A stretch of 64,000 nt of DNA from contig OY969585.1 in assembly GCA_963701295.1 (NCBI GenBank), positions 480,001-544,000 of the forward strand, given 5' to 3'. This DNA is from Ignavibacteriota bacterium (GTDB lineage: Bacteria > Bacteroidota > Ignavibacteria > UBA10030). How positions within the stretch are numbered: the stretch's first letter is position 1; each line of letters starts with the position of its first letter. This document shows, in pieces, positions 50,364 to 59,567 of the stretch. The notes under the pieces are model-generated. The model saw only the letters and a program-made list of their open reading frames with translations. It did not search any database and had not been told where the DNA came from. Both the position numbers and the translations under genes were made by a program.

Positions 50364-51314
50364 GTGGCAATAGATTTCGGTAGTGCTCAAATTTTTATGG
50401 CCCAGTAGCTTTTGAACTTCATAGATGGGGGTTTGTGCTTGTGTAAGCCAAGAAGCACAGGTATCTCTGAGATTATGAAAATGATAATGTTCTGACAAAC
50501 CACTTTTGTGGACATATTGTTTAAAAACTCTTGTGATATAATGAGGTTTCAGTGCTTTTTCCTCTTTATTGACAAACACATATCCCTCTGTTTTCCTCAG
50601 CGTAAGTAGCATTTTTTTGATAAATGGATGCATCGGTATTGTTCGGGGATGCATACCTTTTACACGAAACGTACCTCTATTACGTATTCGGATCAGAGAA
50701 TTTTGAAAATCTAGATCTTCCCACATTAAATTACAAATTTCACCTCTTCTCATACCTTCATGAACTGCGATTATAATAATATTTCGGAATTGAATATCAT
50801 TTACGCTATCCAATAATGTTTTAAAGTCTGTTTTTGTAAAATATGTTGGCTCCTTATCAGGGACTGGTATTTCCTTGCAGCGCTGGGCGGGATTATCTGA
50901 TACTAATCTCCAGTTCACTCCCAAATTAAATGCTGCCTGAATAGTGCGAAGATAAATATTAACTGTCACAGGCTTCACATCTGCTAAACATTTTTGTTTA
51001 AACTTTTCGATTAACAAGGGCGTCACTCCAATTAACGCTATATCTCCCAGGGCATGGATTAATTTATCAAAGCTCCGTTGATAGATCGATAGAGTACCAG
51101 AAGATAAATTTGTCGATACATATTGACAGACCAATTTTTGAAAGGCACTTAAGGTCATAAGTTTTGGTCTTTCAAGACTACTCGAGATAGTTTCGGCGAT
51201 TCTTTTGGCTTCTTCTTGATCCCGGGAACGTGTAGAACGCCATCTACGATTTCCTTCAAAATCGTAAAATGCAATATAAAAGATCCCATTATTCCGTTTA
51301 AAGAGAGAAGCCAT
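50292..51314 (-). CDS. Tyrosine recombinase/integrase 2
   Basis: GMRRGE, VKG, HNLR, LGHK, catalytic Y (EIYCH). Confidence 0.95.
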   Translation of the reverse strand: MASLFKRNNGIFYIAFYDFEGNRRWRSTRSRDQEEAKRIAETISSSLERPKLMTLSAFQKLVCQYVSTNLSSGTLSIYQRSFDKLIHALGDIALIGVTPLLIEKFKQKCLADVKPVTVNIYLRTIQAAFNLGVNWRLVSDNPAQRCKEIPVPDKEPTYFTKTDFKTLLDSVNDIQFRNIIIIAVHEGMRRGEICNLMWEDLDFQNSLIRIRNRGTFRVKGMHPRTIPMHPFIKKMLLTLRKTEGYVFVNKEEKALKPHYITRVFKQYVHKSGLSEHYHFHNLRDTCASWLTQAQTPIYEVQKLLGHKNLSTTEIYCHLENDGLRRSLARINVLAGLSVMN

Positions 51315-51386
51315 TGCTTTTATCTAACCTTTACAATTACCCAACTTCATAACACTCTATTTTTGAAATTATGTGCATACGCTTAA

Positions 51387-52142
51387 TCATTTCTTTTTAG
51401 GGAAATGTTTATTTAAATATTCCTCATCATTTTCAAACAACGATGCATTAATTTCTGCTCTTCGATTTATTTGATCAAACTCTTCATCAGAGATGCCTAT
51501 CATTTGTGCTATGGAATAATTCAGTCTTTCCGATTCACTTTTAAAAACCCTTGGCGATTTGACCGAACCAGTAGGTGCTTGAATTGATGTAGGATCACTA
51601 CTCCCTATTCCATATTGTTTTTTTAACCTCTGAAATTCGGAATGAAAACCTAATTCCCAAGCTGGTCCCGAAATCATAACGCTTGCTGGTGAAGAAGGTT
51701 TAGGTTTGCGTGTGCTATTATATACCAGCCTATGGCAATCTCTGCATCCCAGCGTTTGCTCGCCCGGAGGCAGATAAAGAATACTCACTGTTTGGTTGCA
51801 AGTATTACCGTTTTCCCTCTCAAAAGGACAAGTTAGATAGAGACGTTCACCTCCACGCGATAATTTAGAAGGATAGGTCAATATTGAATAATCAAATTCA
51901 TCAGTTTTTGGACTGTTTCCAGAATAAGCCGGATACGTTACATCGATATAAAACCTCCCTTGCCAATCCACAGTTGTTCTCCCCCAAATACATATTCTAC
52001 CTACTTCACGATCTGTAGGAGGGTTCGTTATTTGAGTGATTTCACCAATATTTTCAGAAAATAAACCTGAGTCACAGAGTTCTCTAATGTTCAGCGTCCA
52101 GCAATCTTCAACTCTAAATTTTGAATCATATTTTCCAGTCAT
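51387..52142 (-). CDS. Hypothetical protein with C4 zinc-finger motif
   Basis: CPF....C...V.ILYL....GCRDCHRLVYNS; AGGAGG upstream. Confidence 0.75.
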   Translation of the reverse strand: MTGKYDSKFRVEDCWTLNIRELCDSGLFSENIGEITQITNPPTDREVGRICIWGRTTVDWQGRFYIDVTYPAYSGNSPKTDEFDYSILTYPSKLSRGGERLYLTCPFERENGNTCNQTVSILYLPPGEQTLGCRDCHRLVYNSTRKPKPSSPASVMISGPAWELGFHSEFQRLKKQYGIGSSDPTSIQAPTGSVKSPRVFKSESERLNYSIAQMIGISDEEFDQINRRAEINASLFENDEEYLNKHFPKKK

Positions 52143-52194
52143 CTTACCTCCTAAATCTTTCTAAATTTTCAATAGAAATCATTTTTTAACCATT

Positions 52195-52746
52195 TTACTC
52201 TAAGAGCAAATTAGACTCAGAATTGTTCGTTTCCCCTGGTCTGGTTTCAGATATAACCGCTGACTGGGTCGAGTCTGTTTCTTCAGACTGTTTACCAGAT
52301 TCCCTCCATTCACTTTCCACACGTTTTTTCACTTCTTGCAGATCCGTCAAATTTTGCCTGCAAAAATCAATGTGGCAGAGAATGAACTGCTTTGGAGTTA
52401 TACCTACTACTTTTGCGATCGATCCTAAATTGCCAGGCCAGTACATTCTATTTCGTCGATCCTCTGGTCTCTGGGATATAAGCCATTGACTTATAATTGG
52501 GAACAATGTGAAATCACTAGCATCTAATGAATAATCGCGATAATGTAATTTTAGTTTAGATTTCTCCATGTCAATTCGAAATAGATTTTCAAGCGTCGAT
52601 AGTTTCAAGAGTCGAATTTTATGTCTTTTTTTCATCCTTTTTTTGGCCGCTGGTTTAACCGAAATGGCATCTCCTGATTCCTTGAAAATTTCCAATAATT
52701 GCACATTACTCATTTTATTCTCCTCTGTTTTTTCTATTGGTCTCAT
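52195..52746 (-). CDS. Hypothetical protein, possible HTH
   Basis: 183-aa ORF; LGSIAKVVGITPKQF resembles a helix-turn-helix. Confidence 0.6.
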   Translation of the reverse strand: MRPIEKTEENKMSNVQLLEIFKESGDAISVKPAAKKRMKKRHKIRLLKLSTLENLFRIDMEKSKLKLHYRDYSLDASDFTLFPIISQWLISQRPEDRRNRMYWPGNLGSIAKVVGITPKQFILCHIDFCRQNLTDLQEVKKRVESEWRESGKQSEETDSTQSAVISETRPGETNNSESNLLLE

Positions 52747-52966
52747 TAATTTTCGTAATTGACATCATTTATATTCCTCATATGTCCAATATTTAGCCTT
52801 CCAGCAGAAAAAAGCAACTTTTTAAGTACATATAATTACACTTAATTATTTGAGTAATAGCCGTAATTCGCATGCTTTAGCAAATATTTTCCTAAATCTT
52901 CTTAATATTATCTCATATCCCCTTGTCATATTGGACAAAACGACTATTTCGATAAAGCCACATGGT

Positions 52967-53503
52967 TTATTTTACTGAACAAAACTCATGTTTTAATACA
53001 TCGGACTTTCTTTTTGCTAGCCTTAGAGCAAGCTTCATGTATTTATCTGACTCACAATTATTAGGACATATGTATTTAATTTCTCGATCTTGAGTAATTT
53101 CAGCCAAACACTGCATATAAATTTTAATTTCTGGATCGTTCCCTTGACCATTTTTCTTCCACCCACAATTATTTCTCCAGTACTTGCAATTTGCCAGATA
53201 TTCCTTGATATCATGATCGGGACAAATAACGATTATCGGTATGCTATAGTCAGTAATCGAACTCATAGCATGCGAACATGCTTCTAAAAGTGCTTTTTCT
53301 CGAGATCCATTAAATATGTACCCAGAATTATTCAATTCCCTGTCAATTCCTACAATTACTAATCCCCATACCCATATATATTTTCCATTTTGTATGTTTT
53401 TTCTCAAGGCTGAAAGATAAATCATCTTTTTAAAAGGTCGATTTTCCTCGTTATAATTTTTAGTTTCTTTCAATTTTATAATCACTTTAATCCCCCTCCC
53501 CAT
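52967..53503 (-). CDS. RNase HI-fold protein lacking catalytic carboxylates
   Basis: Colinear by eye with E. coli RNase HI, including the W(R/K)..GWK basic protrusion; D10/E48/D70/D134 positions are S/L/P/L. Confidence 0.65.
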   Translation of the reverse strand: MGRGIKVIIKLKETKNYNEENRPFKKMIYLSALRKNIQNGKYIWVWGLVIVGIDRELNNSGYIFNGSREKALLEACSHAMSSITDYSIPIIVICPDHDIKEYLANCKYWRNNCGWKKNGQGNDPEIKIYMQCLAEITQDREIKYICPNNCESDKYMKLALRLAKRKSDVLKHEFCSVK

Positions 53504-53609
53504 TTTATCTAGTACAACACAAGTTTAATTTGATTTTTTTAATTCAGTATATTGTTGTTTGATTTGTCATTATTACTTCAGGTACAACAGTGTATACATG
53601 CAAACATCT

Positions 53610-54038
53610 TCGCACTTCGTGCGATTGCGAACACCTCGCAAATAACGCTCGTGTTCGCAAATTATGTATTTTTCTTCTTTCATTTTATCCTACCTTAGGG
53701 CGGATTTCAGCCAGCCCTTTTTTCTCAAGGGCTATTTTTCTATTAAACTCAAATTGTTACGTCTTATGAAAAGAAGTTATGAGCTTCTCTCTAGTTTTAT
53801 CCTACCTCAGGTATGGATTCTTTACCACATAGATCAAACTCTTTTAAGAAGATTGAATAGGCCGGGGTGCCCGTCTGCCTATGCGGATAACTTTCATATG
53901 TGAATTTATCCATTTTATGTGGTCCCAGTCCCGGTCTATAAACGACCCAGGAAGCACCGCTGGCTACTACTTGGATTTCCTTTTCAGGAAGAGCAATCCG
54001 TTAGAATCTTTTCGACATCGACATTGAGTTATTTTTTT
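53610..54038 (+). ncRNA. Candidate large structured non-coding RNA (or structured ssDNA element)
   Basis: Nested long-range stems and about 10 local hairpins in a relatively GC-richer patch, followed by a T7 tract; strand inferred from G-U pairs. Confidence 0.5.
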
Positions 54039-54301
54039 CATTTAATTGCAATCTTATTTTGTTTAACATTTTCTGTTATTGTTGTCAATTTATAAAAGCT
54101 ATATATAATGTTGATGAACATATTTTGTTCTTCTATACTATATATAGCCTTGAACAAAATTTTAGCAACTGAAATGAGTGTAAAAAGAGACGCCCATATA
54201 GGAACTTCCTATATGGAAAATCGAAGGAAAAATCAGTTTATGAAGAGATGGTTTGGTAGAAAAAACAATTCAGAACAATATAATGAACGACACCTCAATG
54301 A

Positions 54302-54937
54302 TCAGTCAGACAAGATTTCTACTTCTCCCGAAATAAAATCATCCAGCTTTATTTCCCTCTGACCTGAATTCTCAGTGTAAACTAAAGTCGGAACAACAAT
54401 CACTATTTTCATAGGTTTGATACAGAGCTTCCTCCTGAATATTCTATTTTTCGCACCTAATCTTTTATCTTTCCTAAACGCTGTAACTAGGTTCATTAGA
54501 TTCAAGAAATCTCTTATTTTTTTGTCAGATAGTGAATTGTCATTTTCAAGAATATTAATCTGACCATGTCTGAGTAATGCATAACACAGTGCTACTCGCA
54601 ACAATTGGTTCCACATTTCATTAGTGATTTTATCTGATAGACTATATCGCCATTTAGCCTGCTCATTATATTTTTTATCTATTTCAACATGTTCGAAACC
54701 CTCTGATGGCGCATCTCTATTATAAATCCATCGACTACGCATTTTATCAATAAGGGTACTAATATCATCGTATGAGCACTTATGCTTGACAAGCCTGTCA
54801 TTCATTTTTTCCATAATATCACTTGCAAAGATTCCTTTTTTTCTAATTTTCATATTTAGTTTATCTTCAACAAGGATTGCTAATAACTGCAAGGCTCGAT
54901 ATTCCATCTCTAATTCTTCAGTAGCCATTTCACCCAT
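54302..54937 (-). CDS. Putative wHTH + WYL-like regulator
   Basis: N-terminal wHTH-like pattern; LVTAF...IKPMKI...LVY....REIKLDDF resembles a degenerate WYL domain. Confidence 0.5.
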   Translation of the reverse strand: MGEMATEELEMEYRALQLLAILVEDKLNMKIRKKGIFASDIMEKMNDRLVKHKCSYDDISTLIDKMRSRWIYNRDAPSEGFEHVEIDKKYNEQAKWRYSLSDKITNEMWNQLLRVALCYALLRHGQINILENDNSLSDKKIRDFLNLMNLVTAFRKDKRLGAKNRIFRRKLCIKPMKIVIVVPTLVYTENSGQREIKLDDFISGEVEILSD

Positions 54938-55613
54938 AGGTCAATTCCTTCTTTTTCTGAGTTTGTTCATTCTTGTCTGACATCAATGCAGTGATACCAG
55001 ACCCGTGTTCGTTAAACATATAGTATGAATTTGATAATAGTCAAAAATCCTTTTACAGTTACTCGTTATGGACTCGAATGGCATTTCGCACTCTCGATAC
55101 TTCCTTTAAAATCACTAAAACCATTTTGCGAGTTATGCATAAAATATCTTCTCTTTAAACTATCATCTTGAAAGTTAAGAATCAATAACGATTGCATTCA
55201 ATGACAAGTGCCACCACAATTCCCCATGTCAGAGGCCTTCAGTGCCAGATGATTTCCTGTTTCCTCTAACATTTTATCCAAAAAGTTTGGTGATCTATTT
55301 CAATCTGAAAATCACCAAATATTTGCTTAGTAAGGAGTTTATTTTAGATATATTTGTCTCATCACAGGTCCCTCTGCATACACTACAAACAATTGAAATA
55401 ACCCCAAAAATGCTCCTATTACTGCTAAGAAGATTACGAGACCTAGCCATTCCCACATCATAATTGCTAATATCAGCCCTTCAAAAACTGCCATTACAAC
55501 TAACTACACCATTGTTCCAGAAGAAGTGTCAGGTACTGCCCCCCGAATCATGGTCCAATTTGAATGTTAGTTTTTTGTTACATTCACATTATTGGAGCTA
55601 GGAGGAACAGACC

Positions 55614-55877
55614 ATGAAGAAACGATTCACGGAAGCACAGATAGCATTTGCCTTGAGACAGGCGTCATCAGGGATACCCATTGGAGAGATCACCCGAAAG
55701 ATGGGAGTCTCGGATGTGACATTCTATCGATGGAAAAAGCTCTATGCAAATTTAGAAGTATCGGAGATACGGCGCCTGAAGCAGCTGGAGGAAGATAATC
55801 GCCGATTGAAACAACTTGTGGCAGATTTGACACTCGATAAGCAAATGCTGCAGGAAGTATTATCAAAAAAGCTCTAA
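55614..55877 (+). CDS. IS3 transposase OrfA
   Basis: KRFTEAQI, GVSDVTFYRWKK, LKQLEEDN.RLK. Confidence 0.93.
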   Translation: MKKRFTEAQIAFALRQASSGIPIGEITRKMGVSDVTFYRWKKLYANLEVSEIRRLKQLEEDNRRLKQLVADLTLDKQMLQEVLSKKL

Positions 55878-55897
55878 AGCCTGCCCTTCGCCGGGAG

Positions 55898-56716
55898 TTG
55901 ATCCAGGAGGTGCAGGCAATCTATGGAGCAAGTGAACGGCGGGCTTTGAGAGTAATGAAATGGCCACGGTCAACACATCGCCAAAAAAGCGCTCGAGATC
56001 CGCAACTGCCATTACGGTTGCGCTTGCGGGAGTTAGCAGCAACACGCATAGCATACGGATATCGTCGGCTTCATGTGCTTTTAAGACGTGAAGGTTGGCA
56101 GATCAACCACAAAAGAGTGTATAGGCTATATCGTATGGAAGGCCTGTCAATACGTAAGAAAATACCTCGACGAAGAGTGGCTTGTGTAAAGCGGGAGATA
56201 CGCCCGGCGGCATTGACGAGGAATGAGTGTTGGAGTATGGACTTTGTCTCTGATCAACTATTTGACAATAGACGTCTAAGAGTGCTGGTGATCTTAGAGA
56301 ATTACACCAGGCAATGTTTAGCACTTGAAGTAAATGCAAAGATACGAGGTATCGATGTGGCAACGACGTTAGAACAAATCACACGTGAACATGGATTTCC
56401 GAAACAGATCAAGGTGGACAATGGACCGGAATTTATCTCGAAGGATTTAGATCGATGGGCGTACTGGAATCATGTTGAATTGGATTTTAGTCGTCCGGGC
56501 AGACCATCGGACAATGCACTGGTGGAAGCGTTCAACTCTCGTTTTAGACAAGAGTGTTTAAATCAGCATTGGTTCCTGTCGCTGGAAGATGCAAAAGAGA
56601 AACTTTCTGCCTGGCGAAACGAATACAATACCCAGAGGCCGCACAGCTCTTTAGGTTATAGAACACCGTTGGAAGGTAGGATGAAAACAAGCAATGCTGA
56701 AGCCTTTGCAGCATAA
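55898..56716 (+). CDS. IS3 transposase OrfB (DDE; expressed via -1 frameshift)
   Basis: YGYRR, WSMDF, VDNGPEF, VEAFN, YN..RPHSSL. Confidence 0.93.
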   Translation: MIQEVQAIYGASERRALRVMKWPRSTHRQKSARDPQLPLRLRLRELAATRIAYGYRRLHVLLRREGWQINHKRVYRLYRMEGLSIRKKIPRRRVACVKREIRPAALTRNECWSMDFVSDQLFDNRRLRVLVILENYTRQCLALEVNAKIRGIDVATTLEQITREHGFPKQIKVDNGPEFISKDLDRWAYWNHVELDFSRPGRPSDNALVEAFNSRFRQECLNQHWFLSLEDAKEKLSAWRNEYNTQRPHSSLGYRTPLEGRMKTSNAEAFAA

Positions 56717-56774
56717 AATCACAAAAAAACTTACATTGAACTTGGACCTGCGATGGGGGCAAGTACCCAATATA

Positions 56775-56819
56775 CTTTTTACTAAATTTATATTGGATCA
56801 CTTTTTGGGGGGCAGGTCA
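56775..56819 (-). mobile_element. Orphan terminal IR of a second IS407-group element
   Basis: Minus strand reads TGACCTGCCCCCCAAAAAGTGATCCAA from 56819. Confidence 0.7.
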
Positions 56820-57166
56820 GTCGCATACTTGACACTCTTGCCGATTAGATGCTGGAGGTAGGATTCAATATGTTGCTGCTGAATCCTGATAATGGCCGCT
56901 GGTTCGATTGAATCGACCGATATATCCTGACTTTGGAGAAATCCTTTCAGATCACTGATATAGGACTCAATGGAGTTTTCTGCGACCTTCTGCTTTTTCA
57001 AGGATTGAATAAAGGCACTTAACGAAATAAAGTTCGATTCGGATGGTTGACTTTGATTCAACGAGATATCCTCTGGTTCGATTAACTCACCACTAGTCAG
57101 AAAAAATTCTTCTATAAGGCGATTTCCAAGCTCATAGATGCCAATAACAGCACTTTTAAAAATCAA
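56798..57166 (-). pseudogene. Truncated XerD-like integrase (N-terminal SAM-like domain only)
   Basis: FIQSL...AENSIESYISDLKGF...IESYLQHL...KYAT, cut at the IS end; the DLPPKK* tail is IS-derived. Confidence 0.7.
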
Positions 57167-57304
57167 TGTTATAGAATAACAGCGTTTTCAAAAAATTAGT
57201 GTTATTCGTTTGTTCACAGGCGGTTCTGATCTTTTGTGACCGCTGAATCAGAGAAGTTATTCTCTAATGATGGGGATACAATTAAAGGGATTCGAAAGGT
57301 GAAA

Positions 57305-57328
57305 CAAGCAGGAATTTATTCCTGCTTG
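57305..57328. repeat. Palindrome with 11-bp arms (operator or REP-like)
   Basis: CAAGCAGGAAT-TT-ATTCCTGCTTG. Confidence 0.55.
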
Positions 57329-57541
57329 ATTTTAAAGAAAATGATAATCGAAACATTACTCAACAATACAGATTATGAATGAAGGAAAGGATTACTCATC
57401 AAAAGATAAAAAAGGATGAGTCTTTACCCTGTTTCCATCGGAACCATTGATATTTAGCATATGTTTAAATAGTATCGTCACTAATAATTTTGATGTAATC
57501 CGAAAAGCAAATATCAAAGAAACGAAAGGTGAAATTAATCC

Positions 57542-58480
57542 ATGATTGCCGTAATATTTGCTTCACGAATAAGTAAGTTCACGAGATCATTAATAGCAGT
57601 AGCCATCATCCTCCTATCGTTTCCTGCAGTGGGCAATGCGTGTGCATGTGGCTGCAATGTTTTCTCTGTCAGTTCAATGTGGGGGATGCCGACTTCTTCC
57701 GGCATCAGAATGGCTTTACTTTACGATTATATGGATCAGCGCAATAACTGGTCTGACTGGCGAACCGCGGCATCAAATCTCAATAGCAATATTGAACTGC
57801 GAACGAATTTTTATACATTCGGATTACAATATATGGCAGACCGGAAGTGGGGTGTGATGATTGAACTCCCTGTGTGGGATCGTTACTTCGTCACGACAGA
57901 TGATGACGGTGTCACATCATCCGCACAGCACACAACATTAGCGGATGTTAGGGTGATGGGCATGTATACAGGTTTATCTGAAGACATGTCAATGGGTATC
58001 CTCTTTGGTTTGAAGCTGCCAACCGGATCTTTCAACCAATCACTTTTGGATAGGGATACACAGATTGGAACAGGAACAACGGATTTATTGTTGGGCGCGT
58101 ACAGAATGGGACAGGAAAATGGATGGGGATGGTATACACAGGCATTGTTTCAACATGCACTGAGTCCGCGTGATGACTACCGACCTGGCGACAACTTCGA
58201 TATAAGTATCGGGATGCATTATGATAATCTTTTAGAGAGGTATAACATTATACCGATGGTGCAGCTTGTAGCATCCTTCCGAGGTATGGACAGCGGATTA
58301 AATGCAAGTCCCGATAATACGGGCTATGAACGGTTGTACATTTCTCCCGGCCTCGAAGTTACTGCAATCGGTCATCTCAGTATCTTGGGAAACTTGAAGA
58401 TACCCATCATGACACACGTGAACGGATATCAACTTGTCGCACCAGCACTATCAACTGTAACCTTGAGTTACCGTTTTTAG
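57542..58480 (+). CDS. Outer-membrane beta-barrel (MetA-pathway/transporter-like) with N-terminal CACGC
   Basis: Signal peptide, GLKLPTG, QIGTGTTD, YRPG, terminal YRF. Confidence 0.75.
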   Translation: MIAVIFASRISKFTRSLIAVAIILLSFPAVGNACACGCNVFSVSSMWGMPTSSGIRMALLYDYMDQRNNWSDWRTAASNLNSNIELRTNFYTFGLQYMADRKWGVMIELPVWDRYFVTTDDDGVTSSAQHTTLADVRVMGMYTGLSEDMSMGILFGLKLPTGSFNQSLLDRDTQIGTGTTDLLLGAYRMGQENGWGWYTQALFQHALSPRDDYRPGDNFDISIGMHYDNLLERYNIIPMVQLVASFRGMDSGLNASPDNTGYERLYISPGLEVTAIGHLSILGNLKIPIMTHVNGYQLVAPALSTVTLSYRF

Positions 58481-58505
58481 ATTCAATAATTACAACTTTA
58501 CATCT

Positions 58506-59558
58506 CTATTTTGAAAGAACGGTAACGTGTCTTTCTTTAAGCCATAAAGAAACATTTACCAAACTGATAAGTACAGGTACTTCAACTAATGGGCCAATAA
58601 CGGCTGCAAATGCAACACCGGAATTGATTCCAAATACTGCAATAGAGACTGCTATTGCCAATTCGAAGTTATTGCTCGCAGCCGTAAAGGAAAGCGTTGC
58701 GGACTTTGCGTAATCGGCTCCCGCCTTCTTTGCTAGATAAAATGATATAAAGAACATCAAAACGAAATACACGACAAGAGGAAGAGCAATGCGTAATACA
58801 TCCAGAGGAATTTTCACTATGTACTCACCTTTTAGTGAGAACATAACTACGATCGTAAACAAGAGTGCAATGAGGGTTATCGGTGAGATTTTAGGAATGA
58901 ACTTTTGCTCGTACCATTGCTTTCCTTTCAGTCGCAACATTGTGAATCGAGTAATTATTCCTGCAAAGAAAGGAATGCCGAGATAGATGAAAACGCTTTT
59001 AGCTATTTGTCCTATTGTGATATCCACAGCAAATGTCCGCAAACCTAACCACGTCGGAAGCACCGTCAGAAACACATACGCATAGACAGAAAAGAACAGC
59101 ACTTGGAAGATCGAATTGAAGGCAACAAGTCCTGCAGCATATTCCGTATCACCTTTTGCAAGTTCATTCCAAACGATAACCATAGCGATGCAGCGAGCAA
59201 GTCCGATGATGATCAATCCTGCCATATATTCTGGATATCCGCGGAGAAAAATAATAGCAAGAATGAACATCATCACAGGTCCAACAAGCCAGTTTTGGAT
59301 CAGGGAAAGTGAAAGCACTTTTGTATTCTTGAAAACATCGCCAAGTTCTTCATATTTCACTTTTGCTAATGGCAGATACATCATGAGAATCAAACCGATG
59401 GCAATAGGAATATTGGTCGTTCCGGACTGAAAGGAATTCCAGAAGCCAACGATGCCTGGGAAGAAATAACCCGACAATACTCCAAAAACCATCGCGAGAA
59501 ATATCCAGAGCGTCAGATACCGGTCAAGAAATGAAAGCCGCTTTATCACATTTTGCAT
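58506..59558 (-). CDS. acr3: ACR3-family arsenite efflux transporter
   Basis: [45 protein letters not shown]. Confidence 0.96.
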   Translation of the reverse strand: MQNVIKRLSFLDRYLTLWIFLAMVFGVLSGYFFPGIVGFWNSFQSGTTNIPIAIGLILMMYLPLAKVKYEELGDVFKNTKVLSLSLIQNWLVGPVMMFILAIIFLRGYPEYMAGLIIIGLARCIAMVIVWNELAKGDTEYAAGLVAFNSIFQVLFFSVYAYVFLTVLPTWLGLRTFAVDITIGQIAKSVFIYLGIPFFAGIITRFTMLRLKGKQWYEQKFIPKISPITLIALLFTIVVMFSLKGEYIVKIPLDVLRIALPLVVYFVLMFFISFYLAKKAGADYAKSATLSFTAASNNFELAIAVSIAVFGINSGVAFAAVIGPLVEVPVLISLVNVSLWLKERHVTVLSK

Positions 59559-59567
59559 GTCAAGCTC

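Larger units (their letters stand above)
55532..56767 (+). mobile_element. IS3-family (IS407 group) insertion sequence
   Basis: Imperfect IRs (GGTACT(T)GCCCCC...GGTCCAA..T.AATGT.AGTTTTTT), orfA/orfB with A6G slippery site at 55865-55871; ends uncertain by a few bp. Confidence 0.92.

Noticed and set aside
53664-53903. 79-aa ORF within the structured region; also group I/II intron or retron assignment
   Set aside because: No RBS or domain signal for the ORF; canonical intron core motifs and a reverse transcriptase are not recognisable
55242-55463. 73-aa ORF and a hairpin near 55287-55319
   Set aside because: No recognisable motif in AT-rich DNA beside an IS; insufficient support
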